IMG/VR virus record: IMGVR_UViG_3300031957_001682
Span: 32,001 to 96,000 of that record
Strand: one strand, 5' to 3'
From: a virus
Length of the DNA: 64,000 nt
Under the pieces are notes generated by a model that was not told the DNA's origin, did no database searches, and saw only the letters and a program-made list of their open reading frames with translations. The position numbers and the translations under genes were made by a program. Positions 1-9,476 of the stretch are shown here, one piece after another; the first letter of the stretch is position 1, and each line of letters opens with the position of its first letter.

Positions 1-843
1 CGCCTCCGGCCCATCCTCACCAATCATGGCGAGCGTAGGCTTGTTGACGATACCACCCTTAGCAAGTGCTGGAATACTCCAAGAAGTTAAATCAAAACCT
101 ACAGTCATGGGGTCAAGACCCGGTAAATCAATTGTTTTACTGAAATTGATTGATGCAAACATAGAATTGATTAAGGAAATAATACCGTTAATACCCGCTT
201 TCATTCCTTCTATGAGGAAGTCACCGATACCAAGAAATGCACCCCCAATATCCTCAACAAGCCCTGTCCAAAAATCGAGTGTAAAAAGTTCGGGGATGGA
301 GGGTAAAGAGTCCCAAATGTTGCTTATTTTGGTGCTAAAGAAATCATAGATACCTTGTACTTTTAGTATGGCTTCGTCTTTCAAACCACCAAAAAAATCT
401 TTGATAATCTGCAATTTTGTCTTAACAGGTGTAATAAAATTGTTGTTAATGTAAGCCTTGATTAGTGTCCACTTCTCAATAACACTTTCTTTGAATCCAG
501 TAAACCATTCTTTTAGTGTACCCCATTTTTCTTTAATCGGGTCAACGACATTATCACTGATAAAATCCTTGATACCCTGCCATTTTTCTTGTATGGGGGT
601 GACAACATTATCATTGATGAAGTCCTTGATACCCTGCCATTTTTCAATAACGGTTTCTTTAAATCCAGTCCACCATTCTTTGATTTCGCCAAGTTTTTCT
701 TTAAGTGGTTTGATAAATTTGTCACTTACAAATTGCTTAAGGGCGGTCCACATTTTCATTGCTGTTTGTCCTATGGCTGTAAAGGCTGGCCCAATGGCAT
801 TGACCATCGTTGACATAGAAGCGAGGGTCGCTACGAGTGTCAT
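1..843 (-). CDS. Tail tape-measure protein (runs off the left edge; not in the ORF track)
   Basis: ATG at 843 overlaps the stop of the upstream ORF and the frame is open to base 1. It has Trp-periodic amphipathic repeats (EKWQGIKDFI x2, EKWGTLKEWF, EKWTLIKAYI) and the typical TMP motif IPALAKGGIVNKPTLAMIGEDGPEA. It lies directly after the chaperone pair. Confidence 0.8.
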   Translation of the reverse strand, partial: MTLVATLASMSTMVNAIGPAFTAIGQTAMKMWTALKQFVSDKFIKPLKEKLGEIKEWWTGFKETVIEKWQGIKDFINDNVVTPIQEKWQGIKDFISDNVVDPIKEKWGTLKEWFTGFKESVIEKWTLIKAYINNNFITPVKTKLQIIKDFFGGLKDEAILKVQGIYDFFSTKISNIWDSLPSIPELFTLDFWTGLVEDIGGAFLGIGDFLIEGMKAGINGIISLINSMFASINFSKTIDLPGLDPMTVGFDLTSWSIPALAKGGIVNKPTLAMIGEDGPEA

Positions 844-1124
844 TCAGTACCCTCCCAATCTAAAAACGAGTAATCCAAACTTACCATTTCCCTGTCACCC
901 GCCTTCGCCTGTTGTTTGCTATGTTCGGTTTTCTTTTTGTCTTCTTCGGTTGCAACCATCGCCCATACGAGTGATTGCTTGAATAAGTGAGGTGGCATTG
1001 AGTACACTTCAAGCAAAGAAATTGAGTAGTGTTTAGCGATGGTATAAGCCCAAAGTTCAACTTGAGATGTTAAATCACTTTCACTGTCAATTTTATCTTT
1101 GCTTAGAAACTTTTGCACCCTCAC
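840..1124 (-). CDS. Tail assembly chaperone, downstream (-1 frame) part
   Basis: Position between the chaperone and TMP; lies in the -1 frame relative to 1121..1495; helical W-x-x-A-x-H-Y...EVYSMP pattern like gpT-type proteins. Confidence 0.6.
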   Translation of the reverse strand: MRVQKFLSKDKIDSESDLTSQVELWAYTIAKHYSISLLEVYSMPPHLFKQSLVWAMVATEEDKKKTEHSKQQAKAGDREMVSLDYSFLDWEGTE

Positions 1125-1495
1125 TTTGTCGGCTTCGTAAACCCCCCTTGCAAAGCCTCCGCCATGTCGTTAGGTTGCGGTAGCACTTTCGAGAGTTGCT
1201 CACCGACATAGCCCTTGAGTGACAGCATTTCTTCTGTAGTCAAGGATGGATTGGTTTTAGTGACCCAATGGGTAAATGCAAATTGCCAGTAGCCTTTCAA
1301 GTTCAATGCTACATCCCCGTTTGCTACGAGGAACATTTCTTGAGCGGCGGCTTGAATGTCAAGGAAAGAGATTTCACGAACCCAAACTTCGATGATTGCA
1401 CTTTCGTCATCGGGGTCAACCCGAATCTTGTGCTTGGTCACATCGTCATTCTTCAATAATAGGCTCTTGTTCATCACTACTTGTTGTTTGGTCAT
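1121..1495 (-). CDS. Tail assembly chaperone (gpG-like)
   Basis: 124 aa, sits between tail tube and TMP, ends in a G6 run (CAA GGG GGG TTT). Confidence 0.6.
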   Translation of the reverse strand: MTKQQVVMNKSLLLKNDDVTKHKIRVDPDDESAIIEVWVREISFLDIQAAAQEMFLVANGDVALNLKGYWQFAFTHWVTKTNPSLTTEEMLSLKGYVGEQLSKVLPQPNDMAEALQGGFTKPTK

Positions 1496-1934
1496 CTATT
1501 GCACTTCCATTGGCTACAGCCACCTCTTCGGTGGGGGCATCCGGCGTTTCTTCGGGGGCTACCTCTTCGGTAGGGCCGTCAGTCACACCCTCGTCGTTTT
1601 GCTTAAGTCGGAGAACTATCTCGGCTTTTGTACCGTAAACGGGCAAGCCTCGTTCTTTGCATAGTTCTCGCAGTTCAGCGACGGTTAGGGAATCGTATTG
1701 TACTTCATCAACGATGAAAGGGGATGGTGCGTCTTCTTGCACCAGTGGATTGATTTCTTCTTCAACGGGTTTACTATTGAGGTTAAACAAGTTGATAGCG
1801 ATAGCGGCGTGAATGGTGTGGTTTGAAGCACAGTCGATGTCTGTTTCCACTATGTCAAGACCGTTTGCCTTAATCACCCACTTGGCATATCCAACTGGTC
1901 CGAGGCGGCGGTATTGTTGTAGTGATTGCTTCAT
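1446..1934 (-). CDS. SAP-domain protein
   Basis: YDSLTVAELRELCKERGLPVYGTKAEIVLRL matches the SAP helix-extension-helix consensus; acidic tail. Confidence 0.75.
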   Translation of the reverse strand: MKQSLQQYRRLGPVGYAKWVIKANGLDIVETDIDCASNHTIHAAIAINLFNLNSKPVEEEINPLVQEDAPSPFIVDEVQYDSLTVAELRELCKERGLPVYGTKAEIVLRLKQNDEGVTDGPTEEVAPEETPDAPTEEVAVANGSAIDDQTTSSDEQEPIIEE

Positions 1935-1943
1935 ATTTTCACC

Positions 1944-4124
1944 TCAATACTTTGCGATAGTATCACGAGCCAAGACTTTGATAGCCTTTGGCATAATTTT
2001 CAGTGTGGATTTTACCACACCTTTGTCTTCGGGAATTTGAAGTGGTGCTTCAATAATGTAGTAATCATCAATCAAAAGCACCATTTTTTCGGTGTGTGCG
2101 TCTGCTGTACTACCCATTTTATTCTTTTCAAAAATGATACGAATTTGATTGGTTGTTGAGTTGTTTTCACCGTGTACACTGAACTCCGTTCCTGTACGCA
2201 TTTTGTGGTAAAACAACGGGTCATCCACTGCAATTTCCATTGTCATTTCATACGAAGTTTGACCTTCAACCATGAGGTTTGCGTTTCTCGCACCAGCAAA
2301 TGGTACTTGGTCCGTTGATGCTGATGCTGATTGATACTGTCCATTGATGGTATGGAATGCTTGCATACCTGTTTGTCCGGTTAATGAGAAGTTCATCACT
2401 TGAGCAACCTGTTGTCCAGCCAAAGTAATGCTACCGTTGTAAAACATAAACGGTTTCTGCGTTCCCTTACCAATACCCGATTCAAGACGCTTTGCTTCAG
2501 TGCTGGCAGTATCATCAAACATGCGATGTGCGCCATATCTTGTCAACGGTGTGGCTTCTAAACGACCAGTATCGGTGTAGCAAAGAGCCGCATTGAAGTT
2601 GACTGAAAGGCGTAGTGCCGCATCGTTGTCAGTTGTCATGGTAAAGTCAGTGACCTTACAGCCACGGAACACACGAGTCAATTCCTTTGAGTCATTAACT
2701 CCACCATCGGTACTACCAGCATTTGAGTCAATATCTCGGCGGCGTTGTGATACTTCAAGAGCAAATGATGGTTGGGTGGTGCGAGAGAAAAGAAGATGTG
2801 AAACAGAATCAGTAATGGTATTATCAGTGCCAACTGCTACAGGGTTTGTATCAGCATCACCGATAATTCGTACTTCAACTACTCTTCCCGAATCGTGAGC
2901 ATATTTCAAGGGTTCATCCAAGTACACAACATGGTCGCCTGTGTTCTCCGAAACTCCGATTACTCTTCGGATTTCATTTGTTTGCGCTAAATCAAAATCA
3001 AAGTCAGTAAGTGTTCCATCCCATTCAGCCGAGCCTGTTTCCGGCTCATGGTCGCTTACAATAGGAACTTCTGTAGGGTCTTGAATTTCAATGTAAGTGC
3101 CTACAGCAACTTGAGCATCGTGAGCGTTGAGAACAATGTGTGATTGACCAGCAAAAGAAGCCGAGCCAAGAGAAAGTGTCACATCACTGGCAAGTGAAGT
3201 TTGAAGTTTGCTTAACAATTCATGTCCAAGACAGTATTTGAGCCAGCGAGCAGAATGCATAGCGACTTCAAATGAGCCACCTTCGTTGGTAAGTTTGCCG
3301 GGAACTTGCACGCTTACATCACGACCAAGCCCTACAACATGGAACCGCTTCAAGTCCACCTTAGTTTCGGGTAGGGTGAGGGCCGTAGCAATACCCAAGA
3401 ACTGGTCTGTTTTGACTGATTCAGTACCCGGTAAGGCTACTGTGGCTTGAGTCATTGCTATATCCATTGGTGGTGTTTTGTAAGGTAAAATTTCTAACAC
3501 ATTGCCCGCTCCCATAGTGACCATATCATCTGTTATCATTGCGGGTGTAATTTGTAAAGAACAACCGTTATTTTCAACAATGGTAAAAATACGCCCATTG
3601 CTTGCTAAGTCACCCGAATCAACATCATCAGCCCCGCTTCCACCCGAAGTGGTCCAAATAAGTTGAGAGCCAACAAGCATATTTTTTGGGTACTTTAAAT
3701 TAGTTGCTGAAAAAGTTAATGTTTGGTTGCTATTTGTAGCAGTAGTAGCAACTGAAACAGTAATTACAGTAGCACTGTTAATTTTTGTCACTATGCTATT
3801 TGAACCAATACCTGTTCCGGTCACTACCATACCCACTCTTACAAGAGCAGTTGAGTCCATAGTGATGTGTTTTACACTGGATGTAGTACCGTCGCTTAAA
3901 CCGGATGTATGGTTGGTATCGCATGTATTATCGGTAAATGTAATTGCCTCTTGAAAAAGAGTAGTGTTTACTTCTGCTTTAAATGCCAAAGTGGTGATAT
4001 TATTACTCGATACTACAGTTAGCCCCACATCGGAGTTTGCATCCGTACCAATTCTTATTCGCATACCCGCTTCCGGTGCAAATGATACTTCTGCTAAATC
4101 GCCCTTGTACACTGTGCTTGGCAT
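1944..4124 (-). CDS. Major tail tube protein with inserted beta-rich domains
   Basis: Position upstream of the chaperones; tube-like segments (LKRFHVVGLGRDVSVQVPGK, RVFRGCKVTDFTM, YEMTMEI); Thr/Ser/Val-rich insertions; ~726 aa. Confidence 0.7.
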   Translation of the reverse strand: MPSTVYKGDLAEVSFAPEAGMRIRIGTDANSDVGLTVVSSNNITTLAFKAEVNTTLFQEAITFTDNTCDTNHTSGLSDGTTSSVKHITMDSTALVRVGMVVTGTGIGSNSIVTKINSATVITVSVATTATNSNQTLTFSATNLKYPKNMLVGSQLIWTTSGGSGADDVDSGDLASNGRIFTIVENNGCSLQITPAMITDDMVTMGAGNVLEILPYKTPPMDIAMTQATVALPGTESVKTDQFLGIATALTLPETKVDLKRFHVVGLGRDVSVQVPGKLTNEGGSFEVAMHSARWLKYCLGHELLSKLQTSLASDVTLSLGSASFAGQSHIVLNAHDAQVAVGTYIEIQDPTEVPIVSDHEPETGSAEWDGTLTDFDFDLAQTNEIRRVIGVSENTGDHVVYLDEPLKYAHDSGRVVEVRIIGDADTNPVAVGTDNTITDSVSHLLFSRTTQPSFALEVSQRRRDIDSNAGSTDGGVNDSKELTRVFRGCKVTDFTMTTDNDAALRLSVNFNAALCYTDTGRLEATPLTRYGAHRMFDDTASTEAKRLESGIGKGTQKPFMFYNGSITLAGQQVAQVMNFSLTGQTGMQAFHTINGQYQSASASTDQVPFAGARNANLMVEGQTSYEMTMEIAVDDPLFYHKMRTGTEFSVHGENNSTTNQIRIIFEKNKMGSTADAHTEKMVLLIDDYYIIEAPLQIPEDKGVVKSTLKIMPKAIKVLARDTIAKY

Positions 4125-4134
4125 GTTAATCAAC

Positions 4135-4587
4135 TCATGGTATTGCTTCTGCGAGTATTACTACTTCAACTTGGAATGTCATACGGAATAATTGCTTGCT
4201 ACGGTCGGAAAGGTCGGTGCGGGTCTTGAAAACTAAGCGGTCAAAACTTACCCCATCCCCCTTTCTTTTCGAGTGAATCAGCCTTCGCACTTCGTTCTCA
4301 AGTGCTTGCAGATGCTTCCTCCCCTTAACAGTTCGCATATCAACCGTGATATTTATACGAGAAGTGACGAAATCATAGAACAATTCCGGTGCTTCTTCGT
4401 TGTGTGCGGTTTCATAGCACATGATATAATCATGGCGTTGTAAATCAATACGCTTTCCTCTTTCCGGCGATGTGGAAGCAATATCAATTACTATAGGGCG
4501 TATATTGCTGGTATTTCCCCGATTCCAGTCAGTTTGAAACAGGTTGATGATAACATCAAGTGATTCAGTCCAAGTTGCAACCATCAA
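4135..4587 (-). CDS. Putative tail terminator/tail-completion protein
   Basis: 150 aa, immediately upstream of the tube gene; alpha/beta pattern ending FRMTFQVEV. Confidence 0.5.
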   Translation of the reverse strand: MMVATWTESLDVIINLFQTDWNRGNTSNIRPIVIDIASTSPERGKRIDLQRHDYIMCYETAHNEEAPELFYDFVTSRINITVDMRTVKGRKHLQALENEVRRLIHSKRKGDGVSFDRLVFKTRTDLSDRSKQLFRMTFQVEVVILAEAIP

Positions 4588-4955
4588 ATACCACCACTTA
4601 TTTTGTCGCTAAGTTCTTTGAAGTTTAAAGGAATAATAAAACCATCTTTGAATTGCAAATTGTGTTCCACCATCTTCGGATTCTGCCGTAGCATAGCATC
4701 ATCGGTGGCTTTGAAGAGTTTTTCCATCTCTTCATCAGTGGCTTGTTTTTTACTTGAAGTGTTAAAATATGCACCATCTTTTTGTTGTAAACCTTGAGCA
4801 GTAGCCTCAATATCCATCATTCGCTCACGAAAATCTTTGGGTTCTTGAGTGAACTCTTCACGCATTTGCTTTTGCAATTGCTTGTCTTTAATGTACATTT
4901 CAGTAATTCCAGTATGAAAGTAATTACCTTGTTCTGTGAACTCTCGGACACTCAC
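4584..4955 (-). CDS. Hypothetical neck-region protein
   Basis: Translationally coupled ORF in the morphogenesis operon. Confidence 0.5.
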   Translation of the reverse strand: MSVREFTEQGNYFHTGITEMYIKDKQLQKQMREEFTQEPKDFRERMMDIEATAQGLQQKDGAYFNTSSKKQATDEEMEKLFKATDDAMLRQNPKMVEHNLQFKDGFIIPLNFKELSDKISGGI

Positions 4956-6514
4956 TCAAACACCACCATTTCGACATACTTTGGTAGGGTTCGGTCGATT
5001 TCGGCTTGATACAACTGCACCTTGCTCGCAAGGTCAATGTTCTGTGTACCTTCGGGAATAAGCACCGAGCGGTCGTCAGCCATCAATAATTCAATGGCAA
5101 CCATCTTGGTACATACATCTTCAATGGCTTTCTCAAGGTATCTTTCACCGTAGATATAACTGGTTTTGATAGCGTTCCATTCAAAGAACGGGTAGGAGTT
5201 GTTGAAGTAAACAATCCCCATTTCGTGGTCAAGCCACCAATCACGGAGTCGGCCACTGTCACCACTGCTTGAGCCGCCTTGTAGGTCAACCAAGAGTGAT
5301 TGTTGGGTGATAGCCCCTGTAATTGCTCCTAAACTACCGGTGACAGCCACGCATCCTGTGAAGGAGGTAGCCGTCTTGCCTGTGTATCGGAACACATCAC
5401 CACTGGCATCAATAGCAACACCAGCGTTTACGAATCCTTCTGTTGATGCTACATTGATAGTTGTACTGTCAAGGCTTGTGAATGTAGTGCTGTTGGTCTG
5501 TGTTTGGTCAATAGCAATAGTTGATGAATTGGTGACCATACTACACACCTCACCAGCCTTTACACCCCTCATGCTGGTGACTTTGACCACACCTGTACCG
5601 TAATCAGCGTTGGCAGTAGCCAAAAACTCATTATGAATAGCGATATTTGATGTAGAGCCTTCAAGTGTAAATGTTGGTGAAAACTCAACAGCCGCTTTGC
5701 TTACACGGTCTTCCTTGTTTATGAGGTCAGCAAAGTTTTGCGCTACCGTAGCGGCATCAAAGTCGTCACGCCACTGGCCTGTACCAGTGCCTTGAGCAAG
5801 AGTAGCAACACTTCCATTACCGGGTGAAAAGTACACTGCGGCTGAACTAAGCGAAGACACATCCTCAAACTTTACACGGGCTTCTGCCGCACCAATTTCA
5901 CGATAGTCAGCACCTTGCCATAGTTCAAGGCGAAGAATTTGCTGTACATTCCTAAAAAGAAGGGGTGCAGTACCGACATAATCCGTATAGTATCGTCGTC
6001 GGTATGGCTTGTAGGTATCGAAATTAATGTACTCGGCTGATACCAAATAAGGTCGCCAAGCGTTGCGAGTAAGATTGTCGATGCGGTCTTGCATCTTAAG
6101 AATAACATGGTCCACTTTGGCCTTCGTCATTCCACGAGTGCGGCCATCGGTAAACGATGCTTGGTTTTGCACATAGGTGTTGTCAGCCACTTGATAATCA
6201 GCCGCCGTAATACTACCACTAAAAGCCAGTTTTACACCGCTGGCTGAACTGGTGATAGCAGTAATGACTTTTTCAAAACCCATAGGGTCTGCATCGGAGT
6301 AAATTAAAAGTGTGTCACCAACACTGTAGCCGTTGTTTCGATAGTCGCCACCAGTGATAAAAACACCATCAGTAGCACTGTCGGCACTTACGAGGACAGC
6401 CTCGCTTGGTCCAATATCGAGTAGGTCAGCGACTTTTTGGGCGGTGGTGTACACTACAGCAGACGGGTCAAGTGGGCGGGTTTCCGCCTCACCGGGACTG
6501 AACACTACTGGCAT
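4952..6514 (-). CDS. Putative head-tail adaptor with insertion domains
   Basis: N-terminal YTTAQKVADLL, central QDRIDNLTRNAW and C-terminal YIYG...IEDVCTKMVAIELL, as in gp15/gp6-type adaptors; position after the capsid block. Confidence 0.6.
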   Translation of the reverse strand: MPVVFSPGEAETRPLDPSAVVYTTAQKVADLLDIGPSEAVLVSADSATDGVFITGGDYRNNGYSVGDTLLIYSDADPMGFEKVITAITSSASGVKLAFSGSITAADYQVADNTYVQNQASFTDGRTRGMTKAKVDHVILKMQDRIDNLTRNAWRPYLVSAEYINFDTYKPYRRRYYTDYVGTAPLLFRNVQQILRLELWQGADYREIGAAEARVKFEDVSSLSSAAVYFSPGNGSVATLAQGTGTGQWRDDFDAATVAQNFADLINKEDRVSKAAVEFSPTFTLEGSTSNIAIHNEFLATANADYGTGVVKVTSMRGVKAGEVCSMVTNSSTIAIDQTQTNSTTFTSLDSTTINVASTEGFVNAGVAIDASGDVFRYTGKTATSFTGCVAVTGSLGAITGAITQQSLLVDLQGGSSSGDSGRLRDWWLDHEMGIVYFNNSYPFFEWNAIKTSYIYGERYLEKAIEDVCTKMVAIELLMADDRSVLIPEGTQNIDLASKVQLYQAEIDRTLPKYVEMVVFE

Positions 6515-6531
6515 ACATTACCCTCCCTCAT

Positions 6532-7368
6532 TCAATAGCCTAAATCCTGTGAATAGTCGGGGTTATTACGAGCATTTTCCGTCATTTCTTCGAGAGAATT
6601 AAACCCACCAGTTGGGAACATTTCTGCCGGGAAACGAAGTCTTGGTGGTTGGCCTTCGCTTTGTATCATCATTTGTGCTGGACAGTTCGCATTCATACAA
6701 ACCATTTTTCCTTCACCGGGGTGAACTTCTTCCAACTTTCCTTGACAAACTTTACAATTTGAAGCAACAACATTATGCCTCGCTCGCACTTCTTCGGGAA
6801 TCTCCACACCCGCTACCGAAGGATAGCCAAATTTCAAAATATCCCAAGCATCACGCATAGGAACTTGGCGAGAGGTCATGATGCGGCGCATGTGTTCAGC
6901 CTCGGCATCGGGGTTGAACTCTTCTTCGGGCGGCATACCATCACGGAGTTTACCTTCACTGTCAAACAAATTAGGCATTCGTTTTTTATCAGCATCTATG
7001 TCTTCTTGGCTTTCATTAGGCGTTGTACCTTCTTTCATAGCCTGTTCTAATTCTTCTTGTCTTAGTGCGAAGTCTGCCTCCGCTTCACCGCTATAATCGG
7101 GTTCACTCAACGAACTTTCCAAGTTTTGCCCCTCAAAGGGTACTCTTTCGTTCATGAACTTGAGTCCGTGTTCCTCCGGGTTCGCTACAGCGTCGTACAT
7201 GAGTTTGTCACGGGCTTGAGTAAACTGTTCACCTGCGGCATCACCACCAGCACCACGAAGTTCGTTAGCGACTTTTTTGTTTGCCCACCGTTGAAGGCGA
7301 ACTTCTTCACCATCTGCGGTAAGCACCTTTTGTCGGTGGGGTTGCATTGCTTTAATCAAAATCTTCAT
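6532..7368 (-). CDS. Putative internal head protein with cargo tag and Zn ribbon
   Basis: N-terminal MKILIK-A; internal VPMRDAWDILK followed by CKVC...CMNANC. Confidence 0.55.
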   Translation of the reverse strand: MKILIKAMQPHRQKVLTADGEEVRLQRWANKKVANELRGAGGDAAGEQFTQARDKLMYDAVANPEEHGLKFMNERVPFEGQNLESSLSEPDYSGEAEADFALRQEELEQAMKEGTTPNESQEDIDADKKRMPNLFDSEGKLRDGMPPEEEFNPDAEAEHMRRIMTSRQVPMRDAWDILKFGYPSVAGVEIPEEVRARHNVVASNCKVCQGKLEEVHPGEGKMVCMNANCPAQMMIQSEGQPPRLRFPAEMFPTGGFNSLEEMTENARNNPDYSQDLGY

Positions 7369-7377
7369 AGTATCACA

Positions 7378-7563
7378 TCAGTATTGTGGTTCAAAACCGG
7401 GTTGTTGCATCGCCGCCCTACAATGAGGACATGCGTTATGGGCGTTGCGGCCCATACCTGCGGGTGCATCAAAATGACCGCCGCAATTCTTACATTCAAA
7501 ACCGACTATTTCATCTTCACGGGCTTTCAAAACTTTCCATGCCTCATTCATTGCATTCTTCAT
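7378..7563 (-). CDS. Small Zn-ribbon protein with cargo tag
   Basis: MKNAMNEAWKVLK-A then CKNC...CPHC. Confidence 0.6.
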   Translation of the reverse strand: MKNAMNEAWKVLKAREDEIVGFECKNCGGHFDAPAGMGRNAHNACPHCRAAMQQPGFEPQY

Positions 7564-7567
7564 AGTA

Positions 7568-7867
7568 TCACATTCTGTTCTTTTCGTCACGACTTGCTAA
7601 GTTGTATTCCATTGGTTTGTCACAACTACCACAAGTGGCTCTCCACATAAAATGAAGGAAGCCACAGTGTGTACAGCGTGTACCCGAACCTATGTTCAGC
7701 ACATCACCGATATTACGATTACGGTTGCGTTGTGAAGATGTAATACCCTTGAGGGGGTTTTGCTCGTCAGTCACAGCGGCAATGCTGTACTCACTATCGT
7801 TCTTGACACCTTGCTTACTCGACCGCACCATGTCGCTAAGGTCGAGAGTTCTTGCATCAAATCCCAT
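7568..7867 (-). CDS. Small Zn-ribbon protein
   Basis: CTHCG...CGSC; GAGGTGA RBS upstream. Confidence 0.6.
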   Translation of the reverse strand: MGFDARTLDLSDMVRSSKQGVKNDSEYSIAAVTDEQNPLKGITSSQRNRNRNIGDVLNIGSGTRCTHCGFLHFMWRATCGSCDKPMEYNLASRDEKNRM

Positions 7868-7878
7868 ACCTACTCACC

Positions 7879-8082
7879 TCAAGCGAGTTGGTATGTCACC
7901 ATGACAAAGATATTTCCCAATACAGGGAATACTTCGGTATCAATCACAGAACTCGTACTGCTTGAATCAGCAACCGCTTGAATGAGGTCTTCAACTGCCG
8001 CCGCCCATGTAGCCGCCGCATTTACCTCTTTAGGCGAGAAAGGGCCGAAGCACTTTACGCCAATCTTGGTTAGTGATGCCAT
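7879..8082 (-). CDS. Small virion-module protein
   Basis: GAGGTGA RBS; in operon after the capsid gene. Confidence 0.55.
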   Translation of the reverse strand: MASLTKIGVKCFGPFSPKEVNAAATWAAAVEDLIQAVADSSSTSSVIDTEVFPVLGNIFVMVTYQLA

Positions 8083-8093
8083 CGTTAGTCACC

Positions 8094-8420
8094 TCAAGAG
8101 CGGCGACCAATTGCGATGAATGTACCTGCTTTGACAGGGAAACCACCGTTGCCAGCGGCAATGAGTAGGGAAGTACCGTTGATAAGACACAAGTTGTTGA
8201 AGTGAACATCTTGTGCATCAGCCGCACCGCCTGTGTCAGTGATTCCCACTGCTGAAAGCGCACCAGTACCGTTAGTGCCAGCAAAGTCAATGCTTGCGAG
8301 TTGAGAACTCAAATCAATAGTGAGTGTTCCTGTGTCACCTGCGGTATAACTACCTGTGATAATCATTCGGTCACCGAAAACGGTTGGTCTTGGGTCAATT
8401 GTTGCTGTGCTTGCCGCCAT
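8094..8420 (-). CDS. Putative capsid decoration/minor structural protein
   Basis: Gly/Thr/Ala-rich beta protein just downstream of the capsid gene. Confidence 0.5.
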   Translation of the reverse strand: MAASTATIDPRPTVFGDRMIITGSYTAGDTGTLTIDLSSQLASIDFAGTNGTGALSAVGITDTGGAADAQDVHFNNLCLINGTSLLIAAGNGGFPVKAGTFIAIGRRS

Positions 8421-8800
8421 TATTGTTCATCTCCTGTTGTTTCTTCGCTGGGTTCAACTTCACTTAAAGATTCCTCAACCGGTGTAGGGTTCAAATGTTC
8501 CTCAACCAGTTTGAGTGCGGCTGTCTTTGTGAGATAGCCAGCACCCATAGGTACTTCTTGTGCTTTTAGCCAAGCAAGAATGTCTTTGCGACTCCAACCC
8601 GTGTCGGGCAAGCCGTCATTGTCTGCATCTATGGTAATACCATTATCACCTTCAATCAAGAAGCGTGATGCGGGTAGTGTGTGTCGCCACTCGTCAAGCC
8701 AATGTTGACTTACTTCAACAACTTCACCACGAGTCCACATACCCATTGTATGTCGCATTGGGCGTTCAAAGAACGGTCCTAAAAAGGTCACAGTAGGCAT
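8420..8800 (-). CDS. Hypothetical protein with a C-terminal HeH-like motif
   Basis: WSRKDILAWLKAQEV...TKTAALKLV resembles a helix-extension-helix; GAGGTG RBS. Confidence 0.5.
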   Translation of the reverse strand: MPTVTFLGPFFERPMRHTMGMWTRGEVVEVSQHWLDEWRHTLPASRFLIEGDNGITIDADNDGLPDTGWSRKDILAWLKAQEVPMGAGYLTKTAALKLVEEHLNPTPVEESLSEVEPSEETTGDEQ

Positions 8801-8810
8801 TTAGCCCACC

Positions 8811-9440
8811 TCAAACAACGAGCATCATCAAGACGACTGATTCAGTGCCACCGCTCACATTCTTCAAGATGAGTGGTGTTCGCTTGTAAAGTTCTGTGTT
8901 GTCGTTGGTTTGCACTGGTGTGTTGCCAGTGAGTGTAATCGAAGTTGCTGTGAGTTCCTTGATAGTACCAAGATGCGCCCCCTCAAGAGTGGTGATAACA
9001 TCACCAGCACTGAATTGAGTGGTTGCATCAACAGTATCAACGGTAGCGACACTTTGACTTGTCAAAAAGTGTGAGCCATCGTTAATCAAAACACCTGTTG
9101 CAACGGATTGCATCATCAATGGGTCGAGTGAAGCACTGTCACCCAACCATTGGCAACTTGTGTGAACAATGTCACTGCAAGAACCGGAAAGGGTAAGAGT
9201 TGCGTTGTCAGTAGCGTTTGACCACTTAGCGACAATCAATCGTGGGTTGTGAACTTGGCCGGAACCATCGGAGTTCGATGCTTGGAAACCGGTAATGCTA
9301 CCGGGGTATGTTCCGTTAAAGCCGTCAAGCCACTTTGTTTTGTCTTGGTCAACACCGCCCTGCAAGGGTAGGTCCATCATTACATGGATTTCGCCCGCAG
9401 ATGGTGTGTATGTCAAATTTCGGTATGTAATTGCTGCCAT
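8811..9440 (-). CDS. Putative capsid-associated structural protein
   Basis: Thr-rich beta protein directly after the major capsid gene; GGAGATGA RBS. Confidence 0.5.
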   Translation of the reverse strand: MAAITYRNLTYTPSAGEIHVMMDLPLQGGVDQDKTKWLDGFNGTYPGSITGFQASNSDGSGQVHNPRLIVAKWSNATDNATLTLSGSCSDIVHTSCQWLGDSASLDPLMMQSVATGVLINDGSHFLTSQSVATVDTVDATTQFSAGDVITTLEGAHLGTIKELTATSITLTGNTPVQTNDNTELYKRTPLILKNVSGGTESVVLMMLVV

Positions 9441-9476
9441 ATTATGTCATCTCCATTATTTTTTTCTCATCCACCA

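Noticed and set aside
26-982. Plus-strand ORFs 26-349 and 458-982, and similar short opposite-strand ORFs throughout
   Set aside because: Antisense to well-supported genes (here the tape measure) with no RBS or motifs
1944-4124. Contractile tail sheath, suggested by the protein's size
   Set aside because: No sheath motifs recognised and no separate small tube gene follows; the order tube-chaperones-TMP fits a non-contractile tail
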